DNA from: Mobula hypostoma
Taxonomy: Eukaryota
NCBI RefSeq assembly: GCF_963921235.1
Contig: NC_086108.1
Span: 70,868,001-70,932,000, forward strand
Reading direction: 5' to 3'
DNA: 64,000 nt
The notes under the pieces were generated by a model. It was not told where the DNA came from. It saw only the letters and a program-made list of their open reading frames with translations, and ran no database searches. Positions 1-12,164 of this stretch are shown here, in pieces. The stretch's first letter is position 1; each line of letters begins with the position of its first letter. The position numbers and the translations under genes are program-made.

Positions 1-582
1 TTTATAAAAGAAAGAATGGAAATGTTGAACTGTATTGAGCTTATTTTTTGATCTTTGTCCTGACATCTTTTGTTCCCTTTTTAAAACAATTTTGTACAAC
101 ATGTTACCTCCCTCAAAGAAATATGCTTTTGAAAAACCTGAAATGGCTTTGTATTAGTGTATTATGTTTTTCGTATTGCCTGCATATGTTTATATTACTG
201 GTTTTATGATTTTCTGCTCTGACTCTTCCCTTCAATACCTCATTTTTAAAAAATGCATTCTATTAAAAATATTTGATTTAGCATTGCTATTTATTGAAAA
301 TGTTAATTCTTTAGGGGAACTGGTTTGGGGCAACTACCTTGTTTTTCTGGGTTTTTTTCTTCTCTCCTCCATTGGTAATGAATGTGCACAATCTGACAAG
401 ACGATCAGTGAATACAGCTAGTTGTCTGTCTTGTTCATCTATGCTGGATGGTGTGTTTACTGCTTCTGTGGAAGGATTATTATTTTTTTAATTCATCTGC
501 AGAAATGTGGTCTGAATATTACTTGTGTCACGGAGTAATATTTATGGCCTCCTGGATTTCTCTATAGATTATTTAGACAGAC

Positions 583-652
583 TAGGGGGTTCCCAACATT
601 TTATGCCATGGATCCCTACCATTAACCAAGGGGGCCAAGTTGGGAACCCCTG
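583..652. mobile_element. hAT-type MITE
   Basis: TIRs (t)aggggg ttcccaac / gttgggaacccctg; 8-bp repeat atttagac at 571-578 and 653-660. Confidence 0.75.
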
Positions 653-879
653 ATTTAGACGATGCACAAGTCAGTAATTGTGCACGACATAGATCATCAG
701 AGTGCTAACCTTGCATGGTATGGAATGGAGATGCTATCTTTGAGTAGTATGCAGCAAAAAAATTATTGTGGAATAATTATATCACAGAGGCTGTGAATCC
801 AAGATAGCACTTCTGTACAAGTACAACACTCCTTTGGTCAATGTCTTCTGGATAGATTATGAAACCATTTTTTCATTTC

Positions 880-1436
880 TTTTATGTTTGTTTCTTGTCT
901 TGAATGTGATTCTGTAACTGGTTTGGGTGCTTCAGTGCCCTTGCAGTCTCTGGCAGGGTCTTGGGAGGCAGTGGCAGCATGAATGAACCTCACGGCAAGG
1001 AGGCTGCAAGACGGCAGAAGCCAACGTTTGGCCCCATTTTGCCAGTTAAAGCTCCCATTGTTCACCTATGAAACTGACAAGGGAGATTGAAGCATCAAAG
1101 CAAGTACAGAGGGTGAACACTGGCTGCTTGTCTTTTTGATTGGTTACTCTGTACCAGAGAAGGAAAGGCCTGCTGCTGCAGAGAGTGTTGACTAGGGTTG
1201 TCTTCTTTTCTGTGTTTTGGATTTGAACTTTAGATGAAACACCTTTTTTCTCAGTCTTGTAGTTTTTTTTTGCCTGATCAAGGCGCCTGATCCATTTCGT
1301 TTGTGTTTTTTTTTGCGGGGAGATGGGATTAGGGGGTTTGATTATGCTGACTTTCTTTTCTTTCTTGGTTTCATGGCTACTCGGAGAATTGAAGAATTTC
1401 AGAGTTGTATACTTTGATAATAAATGAAAGTTTGAA
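880..1436 (+). mobile_element. Non-autonomous retroposon with LINE-like 3' tail
   Basis: Ends in gaatttcagagttgtatactttgataataaatgaaagtttgaa, a tail also seen near 36200-36285, 38390-38430 and 39750-39815. Non-coding. Confidence 0.4.
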
Positions 1437-2030
1437 ATATGTCCTTTTTTTTTTACTCTGCCCTGGAGCCCTGCAAGTTTATATCAACTGTTTGCAATTG
1501 AAATCATTGTTCAAGGATTAGTGTTGGATCAACACCCCTGCTCTGTCCTCCAGCTTGGATAAATAACCAGAACGCTACTTGAACCCAAAGGGTTAAATTG
1601 TAAAGAGGTTTTGTACAAAGTACAGTTGTAATTCAGAACATTAGGTTAAGGATTGGGTTATAGTTTAAGGGGCTTGGATAAAAGATGGGAGGGTGGTGTA
1701 TGGAAATAAGTATCAGGGTTAACTAATCTGTAGCAATACATGAGCAAAACTACTGAAAACTGACCACCAACACAATATGTTGGGATTAAGTTAGCTTTCA
1801 TATAGACCAAATGGATGCATGGTTCCTCCATCCTACTTTGTAATATTTTAATTAAGTATCTGAATGACAACAAATTTGCATTTAAATTAACCATTACAAC
1901 GAAAGGTAAGTCAATCTTAACAAAATCCTGTTGGCCATGCAATTTAAAAAAAGAACTGATTTGATACACCCAGAAAATTTAACCTTCCCACATACCACTT
2001 ATTGAAGGTCCTAGCAAATCACTAATAGCA

Positions 2031-2036
2031 TTTATT
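2031..2036 (-). terminator. Candidate polyadenylation signal for ECHDC2
   Basis: AATAAA on the minus strand (tttatt on plus) about 400 nt after the stop codon. Confidence 0.5.
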
Positions 2037-2436
2037 ATTACAGATTGAAACTCTCACTCCATGTTCACTTTCCTCTGTGCAGGAAAATTGTTAAAATAAA
2101 TACACCCGAGTGATGTAACTGTTCTGAGAATGCTGTAAAGTGAAAGTCTGTAAAGTTGTCTAAAATCACAAAAGTTGCACTAGTATGCTATTTAGCTATA
2201 GATTAGTACAGGTCTTAGAATTACAGTAGTTATTTGGTACAGATCTGCACTTGTGATTCTACACATGTGGGACCATGGGAGTTGACAGTTTCAACTTCTA
2301 CTGCAGTTCCCACTTGCTATTGTGTAGAAACGCTGAAAATCAATGATATGTAAATGTGCATTCAGGAAAAAAAGATCTGAAGTACTTAACTGTGAATGTA
2401 ATTAAAATTTTTGACAGTTTGGACATATATTTCATT

Positions 2437-2514
2437 TCATTCTCCAGTAAAGTGGGGTAGTCGTTTTTCCTTAAATGCTGCCATCCCCTCCAATCGGTCT
2501 TTTGTAGGTATGAC
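2437..2514 (-). CDS. ECHDC2: ECHDC2 coding exon 10 (terminal)
   Basis: atacag|GTC ATA...[31 protein letters not shown]; follows an 84-nt intron. Confidence 0.95.
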   Translation of the reverse strand, partial: VIPTKDRLEGMAAFKEKRLPHFTGE

Positions 2515-2598
2515 CTGTATTAGCAACAGGCACAAATGTCAAAATATTAATTATTCTAAATCACCTTTATCTGAAACAGCACGAGGCTTTCTTCATAC

Positions 2599-2646
2599 CT
2601 GAGCATAGCACATTTCCTCAACTGCCATTCCTGATGTTATATCGAC
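2599..2646 (-). CDS. ECHDC2: ECHDC2 coding exon 9
   Basis: ctgtag|GTC GAT...GCT CAG|gtatga; VDITSGMAVEEMCYAQ; 48 nt. Confidence 0.95.
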
Positions 2647-2885
2647 CTACAGAGAATTAAAAATAGATTTAAGATAAAATAAAATAGTGTTACCTAAAGG
2701 AAAAAATTTTGCTCCTGTTGCTAGGAATGCATTCTTTTCACAACAAGTAGTACTGTTGGGAAATTGGTGTTTAATTTTACTCTGGAATTGAAACAGTGCC
2801 AATATTTACTCATTTAGTCATGGAAAATTCTTCTGATTAAGGAATAAAGAAAGGACTTCCATATTTCAGTCCGAACAAATTAAGG

Positions 2886-2968
2886 CAGGAGTTCCAACAT
2901 GGTGTCTACAGAACCCTTGGTGAAAAGTAGGGAGGGGTCTACGGCATTAAAAAGGTTCAGAACCCCTG
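2886..2968. mobile_element. hAT-type MITE, same family, opposite orientation
   Basis: caggagttccaac...gttcagaacccctg; flanks aattaagg/aactaagg (7/8 match). Confidence 0.65.
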
Positions 2969-4582
2969 AACTAAGGTGATTAAATTTCGAGACTAAAAAC
3001 TAAGAAAGAGCGCAGTATATAGAACATGGTTATACTTAGTTCCAGGAAAGCTCCGTCCTTAGTCTTGCAACTGTCCTCGGCTGTGGGTTACATGCATTTA
3101 GAACATCAATCAATGGGAAACAACTTGAATTTCATACTGGGGGGAAAGGAAACATTAACTATGATTTATACTGTTGATTACTACCAATCTCTGCTCAAGA
3201 ACAACTCACTTTGGTAGTCTGCCTACTATAAGTAACCCCTCATGGCTTATGAAGGCTCACAAATTTAAAAAAAAATGCTGAGACTCGGAACCACTATGGA
3301 GGGTTATGTTGAAGGAAAAATTTAGAATGATTTTGGTGTAGGTTAAAAGGTCAGTACAATATTGTGGGCTGAATTTTGCAGTGACATGCTCAACCATCCC
3401 TGAACAATCAACACCAAAACAAATAGGCTATTTGTAGGTTGTTGTTAGTGAGTTGTTAGATTGTGATTAAACTCCAAAAAGTGATTTGTTTATCAGAGAA
3501 CATTGTTGCTTCCTATTTTGCCAAACATGCTGATGACTTAAATAAGAAATTAGTCTGTGTTTCATGATCAACTTTATCATTTGCTTGTTCCTTTCTGGAA
3601 GGTGTTACATCAGAATGTATGAATTAAGATGCATCTTGTAGCACAGTTAGAAACTGGCAGGTATGATGTGGTTGTCAGAGTCAAGGTTCAAAGAAGATCA
3701 CAGCTGGGAGCTTAAAATCCTAGGAATACACATCATGACTGGTGCTTCTGGGAGTAATTCGGAAGAAACAGGATCAGTTCATCTCAATGAAGCAGCAGCA
3801 TTCTAAAGGGCTGCTGAGACAGCCATGGCTAACAAAGGAAGTCAAAGCTAGCATAAAAGCAAAAGGGAGCATATAACATAGCAAAGATTTCAAAAACCAA
3901 CAGAAAGCAACTAAAAATGCAGTAAGATGAGAAGATGAAATATAATGGCAGAAGAACTGAATAAGTATTTTATGTCAGTCTTCACTATGGAAGACACCAG
4001 CAGCTGCTAAACAAGATGAGAGCTCTTGGTATTACAGAAAATATATTAACATGGTTGGAGATTAACTGGCAGAAGACCGAGTGGGAATAAAGTGCGCTTT
4101 TTCTGGTCTGTGAGTAGTGATGTTCTACAGGAATTGGTGTTGTGTCCACCACTTTTCACATCATAAGTTAATGATCTGGATGATGGAGATGTCAGGGGTA
4201 AGTTTTTTTTATGCAGAGAGTGGTGAGTGCGTGGAATGGGCTGCCGGCGGTGGAGGTAGAAACGTTAGGGTCTTTTAAGAGACTCCTGGATGGCTACATG
4301 GAGCTTAGAAGAATAGAGGGCTATGGGTAAAGCCTAGGTAGTTCTAAGTTAGGGACATGTTCGGCACAGCTTTGTGGGCTGAAGAGCCTGTATTGTGCTG
4401 TAAGTTTTCCATGTTTCTGTTCTTGAAGGCTTTGTGGCCAAGATAGCAGATGATACAAAGATGGGGCAGGAAGTGTTGAGGAAGTAGAGAGGCTGCAGAA
4501 GGACTTGGACAGATTAGGAGAACAGACGAAGAAGTGGAAGATGAATGCAGTGTAGAGATGCGCATTTAGATAGAAGGAATAT

Positions 4583-5035
4583 GTCTACGAAGGTTCTCAG
4601 TCATCCAAATCATTGTAGATCAAGCAGTAGTAAATCAAGGCAACTGGACTTGCTGTGTGTTGTCTAGAAGATGTTTCGCCACTCATCCGAGAGGCGGCTT
4701 TAGTTCCAATCCATGGTGGGTAATTTTCCAGTTTATAAACTGATTTGTTTAAAGATATAGGAATTACATGAGGGTCATTAAGAGTCAGAGTAATGAGAGG
4801 GTCATTAGTATTTGCATGAATGGACGTGTGAACTGTTGTGGAGTTGCTGGTTTGAAAGAGGGGTTAAAAAAACCATCCTTGTCAAAGTGGAAAACCCATC
4901 CCTGAACAGGGGGGTGGAGTACACCACCACCTATCGCTACTGATAATACAGTCCTAACACCTCTACCCCAGTGCCTCCACAACAGTTCACGCCTCTATTC
5001 ATGCAAAGACTAATGACCTTCTCACTACCTCTACG
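4583..5035. mobile_element. Penelope-like element fragment with inverted arrangement
   Basis: Plus strand 4848-4975 reads as a frameshifted GIY-YIG C-terminus (WFERGVK...VKVENPSLNRGG-like). The sequence that follows is repeated in inverted form at 4787-4843. Hammerhead-like motif at 4666-4706 (-). Confidence 0.65.
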
Positions 5036-5205
5036 TCTTTTAATTCTCACTGGAGTTTATATGAATGAGGGGTGGCGGATTCTCACTGAAATGTACCAAA
5101 TATTGAAAGGCCTATATAAAGTGTACATGGAGAGGATATTTCCATCAATGGGAGAGTCTTAGACCAGAGAGCACAGCTTCAGAATAGAAGGACATTACTT
5201 TAAAG

Positions 5206-5285
5206 CAGGAGTTCCCAACCTTTTCTATGTCAAGGACCAATACCATTAAGGAAAGGATCTGTCAACCCCAGGTTGGGAAACACGG
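5206..5285. mobile_element. hAT-type MITE inserted in a CR1 3' region
   Basis: caggagttcccaacc...ggttgggaaacacgg; internal sequence resembles the 583-652 copy; flanks ctttaaag/ctttagaa. Confidence 0.65.
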
Positions 5286-6335
5286 CTTTAGAACAATTAG
5301 TCAGAGGGCAGTAAATCTGGAATTCATTGCTACAGCCAGATAGGGAGGCCAAATCATTGGGTATATTTAAAACAGAGGCTGCTAGGTGGTTGAACAGTAG
5401 GGGTGTCAAGTTTTACAAGGCGAAAAAAGCAGCAGAATGGGTTTACGGGGGGGGGGGGCGCGGGAAGAGAATCAATCAGAATGGCCTGATTCTGCTCGTA
5501 TCTTATTCTCTTCTCCAAAATATTAATCTCAATATGTGCCTCAAAGAGACCATCATTGCTCAATACAAACTTTTGCTTGTGGGGAAAGTTACTTTAATGA
5601 TTAATTCAACTACTTTGGTCAACACCATCCTTAAAACCTGCTATAACCTTTAAATCTACTCAAGTCAATGTAGAGTTTACTCTTTTTAATAAGAACTTTT
5701 TCCACCCTGGACAAAACCTGGAAGTCTAAAATAAAAAGTTTGTACTATTGATTAGATGTATATAACTAAGGAATGTTTAATATAGAGCATACTGCATTAA
5801 TCAAAAATGTGGAAAGCATCACATATTAGAGGTAAAATTGTGAAGTTATCCCATTTTTATTTAAGTGACTGGCTCAAAGCATGTAGAAGGTCGTGTCATT
5901 TCAGTCGGCCTCCTGGACCCAAGACCATTTAGCAGTGTAGTTCGTAGGGTTCAGTACATTTCAGTCACTTTAAAATGAAGCTTCATCATGCACAAGTTCC
6001 TGTTTCTGGTGCCATGGAAAGCTGCTAACTTTAAAAAAAAAGTTTGACCATCTTAACCAGGGCACAAAGAAATATTATAAATTTACTAATCAGTAAATTA
6101 TGAAATTAGTAAATCAGTCAAGATCATAAAGATACATGAATCACAGCTACAATACATTTTCCTTGTTTTAGATGCTTAAGAGGGGGCATATTCTGATAAA
6201 ATGTTGAGGTGGCACTTGGTAATGCTGCTGATAGTTGGTTATTTGCCTAGTTTTGGGCAGTAACAGGTGAAAGGAAGGTTTCAACTAAGTTGGATAGAGT
6301 AGCAAATTTGTTACAATGTACAACATAAACATTAC

Positions 6336-6386
6336 CTCAATGCCTCTGTTTATTGCTTGCTTTGCCATCTTGAGAGCCACTGGCCC
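6336..6386 (-). CDS. ECHDC2: ECHDC2 coding exon 8
   Basis: ttaaag|GGG CCA...ATT GAG|gtaatg; GPVALKMAKQAINRGIE; 51 nt. Confidence 0.95.
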
Positions 6387-6693
6387 CTTTAAATAAGATT
6401 ACACAAAGATTATTTTTCTAATTCAAGTACATTATTCAGATATCTATAGGCAGAAATACTGCTCTTTCCCAAGGAATTATTACCAACACCTCCCACTACA
6501 TTTTTACACAACTACACATATATCTATTGTCATTTTAACTTAAACAGCTGTAAAATGCTCAAGGTTTTTGATTGGGGATGATAACAGCTCAAAATAGACA
6601 TGAGAATGTATTTATCTCGTTATGGCTTAGTTACAAGCTTTAAAGCTATTGCAGGCTGTATTGATTTATTTCAATGCAATATATACTACAAAC

Positions 6694-6881
6694 CTGTGGA
6701 AGTATCTCTCTGGCCAGATTGAGAGCTTTTTGATAAGCTGCATCTCCCAAGTCATTCTGAGTCACAACATCATTCACTAGACCTATGGACTCTGCTTGCT
6801 CACCGTCTACCTGTCGGCCGGTGAAAATAAGTTCTTTTGCCTTGCCGATTCCCACAGTACGAGGCAGCCGCTGGCTGCCAC
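6694..6881 (-). CDS. ECHDC2: ECHDC2 coding exon 7
   Basis: ctcaag|GT GGC...CCA CAG|gtttgt; (G)[62 protein letters not shown]; 188 nt. Confidence 0.97.
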
Positions 6882-7162
6882 CTTGAGAGAAAAGAAAGAT
6901 AATTTGATTAAGTAAGGCAATTTTGATCTGTATTTACATTCAAATTTAATTTACTAATATTTATAGTTTTCTACAGTATAATAACTTGGGTATTGTACTA
7001 CCAATGTTAAAACTTTGCACATTTGATTTTTAATCCATTGTACAATACTCAAAACCCCATCTGCAAGGCCTGTTTCTCTTTGCAAAGCTGCAACTGTTCA
7101 TTTCATTTATTACTCACAACTCCATGCCCACTGTTACCCTGGTCAACTTCCTGCCTTTCCTG

Positions 7163-7385
7163 GGTGGCACGGTAGCATAGTGGTTAGCACAATACAGTGC
7201 CAGCGACCCAGGTTCAATTCCCACAGGTGCCTGAAAGGAGTTTGTACGTTTCCCCATGACCATGTGGGTTTCCTCTTGATAGGTCAATTGGTCATTGTAA
7301 ATTGTCCCCCGATTAGACTAGGTTACTGGACATTGTGGCTAAAAGGGCCAGAATGGCCTATTCCACACTCTATTTCAATAAAATA
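7163..7385 (+). mobile_element. tRNA-derived V/HE1-type SINE
   Basis: A box tagcatagtgg, B box ggttcaattcc, central ggagtttgtacgtt..cccatgacc.tgtgggtttcctc block, A-rich tail. Confidence 0.7.
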
Positions 7386-8369
7386 AAATTTGAAAATCTG
7401 GAATCCCTGCTGAAGAGTAGGGGCAGCATAGTAGCCTTGCTTCACAGATCCAGGTTTGAGCCTGACTTCCAGTGCTGTGTGCAGTTTGCACATTCTCCCT
7501 TGACCAGTGTGGGTTTCCTTCCTTCCTCATTTCCAAACTGGCCAACTAATTAACATCTCAAATATGCAGATGAGTGTTGTAATCTGGAGGGGAGCTGACA
7601 GGAAATTGTGAAGAATACAAACTGATCAGTATCGGCTATATAAAAATGAACACTTGATTCTTGGGCCTGTTTTTATGCTGTATGACTCTGACTATTCACT
7701 CAATGAAAAGCAGGACCAGGAAAAGGTGAAAAGTACACAAAAGTAGGGAAGTAATGTTGCAAGTTCATCTACCTTATTCTAATGCTGCAAGTAGTGAGGA
7801 AGGACTAAAAGCAGGAAAGATCCTTTGAACAACAAAAGCAATAAGGTTATCACTCAGGTCTAGTGGGTTGTCTATAAGAGAAATTAAAAACAACAATAGA
7901 TGGGGGACTGTGATAGCAAACAGCATGACAAAATTGGAGTGTGGCCACTTTAAATCCCTCATTATATCTAGTGGCCCTGCAAACTACAATCCTACAGACA
8001 ATAGTGAGACATGCCAGCTTTTTTTCCTCTTTTCAATCCAATTTTAAGTTGAATTTAATCTCCACAGAGAAAATTAAGGATAAAGCAAGAGATAGAATCA
8101 TTTGAACCGAGAGCAGATATGGGCAGCTTAGCCTCTTCACAGTGCTCCACCATTCTATAATTAATTCCACAATCCCAAGCCCACAGCAATGCCTATTACA
8201 GGCCATGTTTCATACACTCACTTTATCAAGAATCTATTCAACTATGCCTTCACTACATTATGAGAATGACAGAGAATTTTCTCTCATTCTTGTCTTAGAT
8301 GGCTAACCTTTTAACTTCAAACTTTAACCCTATAATTATAGATTCTCTCACAAAACCACTCCACTCTTT

Positions 8370-9265
8370 AAGAGAGGAGGAAGGCAGCAGAAAGGAGATT
8401 ATAGACCAGTTAGCCTGACAGTTAGAGTCAATTGTTAAGGATGAGGTTATGGAGTACTTAGTGACGTAGAACAAGATAGGGCAAAGTCAGCAGTTTCCTT
8501 AAGGAAAATCTTGCCTGACGAACCCGTTGGAATTCTTTGAGGAGATTACAAGTAAGATAGATAAAGCAGATTCAGAGGATGTTGTATATTAGGACTTGTA
8601 GCTCACGGTATTACAGGAAAGTTACTGGCATGGTTTGAGCATTGGCTGGAGGGAGCGAGTGGGAATAAAAGGATCCTTTTCCACTTGACTGTCAGTGACT
8701 AGTGGTGGTCCGCAAGGGTTGGTGTTGGTACTGCTTCTAAGGCACTGATGAGGCCTCACCTTGAGTATTGTGAACAGTTTTGGGCTCCACATTTTAGAAA
8801 TTACATGCTGGCATTGGAGAGGGTCTAGAGGTTCACAAGGATGATTCCGGGAATGAAAGGGTTATCATACGAGGAACATTTGATGGCTCTGGGTTTGTAC
8901 TCACTGGAATTTAGAAGGATGAGGTGAGATCTCTTTGAAACCTTTTGAAAGTTGAAAGGCAAAGTCAGAAAATGTGGAAAGGGCATTTCTCATCATGGGG
9001 GAATCTAGGACAAGAGGGCACAGCCTCAGGATAGAGGGGCATCCATTTAAAACAGATGCAGAAAATTTTCTTTAGCCAGAAGGTATTGAATTTGTGAAAT
9101 TTGTTACCACAAGCAGCTGTGGGGGCCAGGTTTTTGGGTGTATTTAAGGCAGAGATTAATAGGTCCTTGATTGGACACGGCATGAAAGGTTATGGGGAGA
9201 TGACAGGGGAGTGGGTCTGAGGACAGAAAAAAAAGGATCAGCCATGATTGAATAGCACAGCAGAC
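8370..9265 (+). mobile_element. CR1 LINE, internally deleted, with 3' end
   Basis: YRPVSLT-, KSCLTN.LEFFEE- and RPHLEYC.QFWAP-like segments; CR1 3' UTR. Confidence 0.75.
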
Positions 9266-10799
9266 GCTGCATAGGCAGCAACAAACAATATATTAAGGTT
9301 GGTGTTGAAAATTGATAATTCGTCCATTTTCTCTTGCCCGCTTATCTTGTGGCTGATATGGTGCCTACGCTGGGAGTATAAATTCAAAGATTCAAAGTAT
9401 ATTTTTTATTAAAGTATGTATGCAGGATACAGCCCAGAGAGTCATCTTCCCCACAGACAGCCACATTGGAACCTAATTCTGCTTTATGTCTTATGTCTAA
9501 GACAGATTATCCTCTCTGCACCTATCCTGTCGAGATCATCAGCATGAGAAACTATTGCTGGAAGTGTTCTGCCTACCACTGAATCAATAAAGAGTAGAAC
9601 CAAGCAAGAGCATTCGTGCATGGTGCGAACCCGACATAGAAACAAGCATTTGAAAGCATGTGGGATAATTCACATATAGTTAAAGCTGAGATATGAAAGG
9701 AATGGAGTGCAATTCTATTGCCACACATAAACTTCAGAGCAATTCACAATTCTGCCCTGAATGGACCTTGAATCAGGGCAGCCTGTAAATAATGAACACT
9801 GAGCTGAACTCAATTATGCCTTGTCACTTTTGATTTTGTGTTTTACACCTTTTTTGTTGTCATTTGCATTTTTTTGCGCATGGGGAGGGCTTGATGTTTT
9901 TCTTTGAATGGGTTCCATTCAGGGACGAATCTCAGGGCTGTATACTGCATACATACTTTGAACCTTTGAGTTTATACTCCCAGCATAGGCACTGTATCAG
10001 CCACAAGGTAGGCTGGCAAGAGAAAGTGGACCAGTTATCAGTTTTCAATATGACAACATGCAAATTTAGTAAACATACTGGACTGGCATGAGATCAGCTG
10101 TACTGATTTCCTGAGGTGGACCTAACTTCTCAGTGTTTTCCTCTGATTTAGATTTTAAATATTTGGAAAGTATGATGCCATCAAATGCAAAGTACACATT
10201 ATCAACTACCTGCACAGACAAACTTCAGTGAGCACGTAAGCTATTGATGCAAGTAATATCCCAGGCATAGAGATTGGGTTTCTCCCATTCTTGGGTATGT
10301 TATATGAAAAGAAACTGGCACAGGGTAAGTGCTCAACAACTGAATGATACAGCCTATGATCACACTGACAAAGGAGATAACCTCAGCAGAGTTGGTGGAG
10401 TGAATAGCCAGATAGTTTACAAAACAAAATGCTGCTGGAGTTTTACAGGAACTCTTGAGAATGGAGGCTCTGAACAACAGGTAAAGTTGGGGGAGTCAAA
10501 GAGCTATCATAGTTACCTCAATTATGAATAAAAACATTTTGATTTGTAACTGAGGAAAGATAATGGAAGGTACGGTGTTTTTACAGAAATGCAGTTAGTA
10601 GGGTTGTTGCCTCATGCAACTCAAATTCATACCTGGCCTCCAGTACCGCCTATGTTGCATTTACACCATCTCCCTATGACTGCCCGGATTTCTCTCCACT
10701 GTTTCAGTTTTCTTCCATATGTCAAAGATGGCGGTTGGTAGCTTTATTGGGCATTATATACTGACCCTTGTAGATGACAAGTAGAATTTGGGGGGAGCT

Positions 10800-11410
10800 T
10801 GGTGGGGATAAAAGGATTAGATTATGGTAGGATCATGATGCAGCTGTGTAAAACTCTGGACTGGACCACACTTGGAGCACTGCGTGCAGTTCTAGTCACT
10901 GCATTGCATGAAGGATTTGGAGTCTCTGGAAAGAGTGCAGAAAAGGCGGACCAGGATATTGTATGGGTTAGCGAGTGCTAGAGATAGGAGAGAAAATAGA
11001 ACACAGAACAGTGCAGGCCCTGAGAAGCTGAACTTGGATTGTTTTTGCTGGAGTGGCAGAAACTGAGGGCTACCAGATAGAAGTATTTAAAATTGTGAGA
11101 AGCACAGACATGGTAAGGTGGTCTTTATTCCAGGGGAAATATCAAATACTAAGGGTATACAGTGGTTAAAACAGTAGTTTTAAGTTGACTGTACAAAACT
11201 TTAAAGGAGATTTGTGAAATAAATGTTCTTATTACAGAGGCGCCCAGAATGCATTAGCGGGGGAGGTGGTCAAACCAATTTTAACAGTAATGTTTAAGAA
11301 GCAGGGGTGCAGACCACAGGCAGACAGATGGCATTAGGTTAAAATGGCATCAGGGTCTGCACAGCCGTCATGGGATGAAGAGCCTCTCCTTGTGCTGTCC
11401 TGTTCTACTG
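10800..11410 (+). mobile_element. CR1 LINE 3' fragment
   Basis: IMMQL.KTL..PHLE.C.QF-like segment followed by a CR1-type 3' UTR. Confidence 0.6.
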
Positions 11411-11655
11411 TAAAAGGGTGCTGGATGGTCAACACGGAGTCTTGGAAGAATCCGTTTTCGTCCTGTTGTCCATATGATTTTACATGTTGTAGAGTTTAGG
11501 AGATCCTCTGTTCTTGTTTTATGGAATGTAATCAGTAGAATTAAAGTTCAGTCATTGCTTTTTTTTATTACTTGCACTGTAAAAATACTCAGTCTCTCAA
11601 TATGATTAACTGCACTGCAAATCTTGCACTTCATATCGTGAAGAAAATAACTTAC

Positions 11656-11712
11656 CAGCACCAGGCAGGAGGCCTCTGGTGACTTCAATAAGACCCATCT
11701 TGGCAGAAGATG
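11656..11712 (-). CDS. ECHDC2: ECHDC2 coding exon 6
   Basis: ctttag|CA TCT...GCT G|gtaagt; (A)SSAKMGLIEVTRGLLPGA(G); 57 nt. RGLLPGAGG is ECHDC2-like rather than AUH-like. Confidence 0.96.
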
Positions 11713-12164
11713 CTAAAGTTAAGAAAACAAGACAGATGAATTTTAAAAGGAAAAAGATGTCTAATCTTACACAACGTGTTTGTAGAAAAGGACAGGCAGG
11801 TTTATATCTGCAACAACAGAGTACTGACATTGGGACTACACAGAAAGCTGGAACGCCTTTTGTATTTGTACACAATGGCACTGAGAAAGAAAAGGAAAAA
11901 CCACATGCAAGAGGAAAAAATGCAATATGAACTGCAAAAAAAACCCAGCAAAGACAAGTGAAGGTGAAAGAGTAGTGACATCAAGACAGCAAAAACTAAA
12001 GAGCTATACAGTGGGAACACCAAGGGAAGGACCAAGAGAGCGTGAGACAAGCAGAACACTCATTAATAGAAAACAACATTTTGTTAACAGTATTTCAGTA
12101 CATAAGTAATAGTTTTGACTCTTGATCCTCATTTCTACATTTTAGTCATAAGATGGATTCCATG

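Larger units (their letters stand above)
3620..5510 (+). mobile_element. Fragmented CR1 LINE with nested CR1 tail (~4190-4420), Penelope-like piece and MITE
   Basis: Decayed CR1 ORF2 pieces (LNKYF.SVFT.ED-like; INDLDDG...A.DT.-like) and a CR1 3' end similar to other copies in the window. Confidence 0.6.

Noticed and set aside
1..2100. 3' UTR of a convergent plus-strand neighbour (AATAAA at 2095-2100)
   Set aside because: Plausible from AT-rich composition, but no coding exon in the window supports it.
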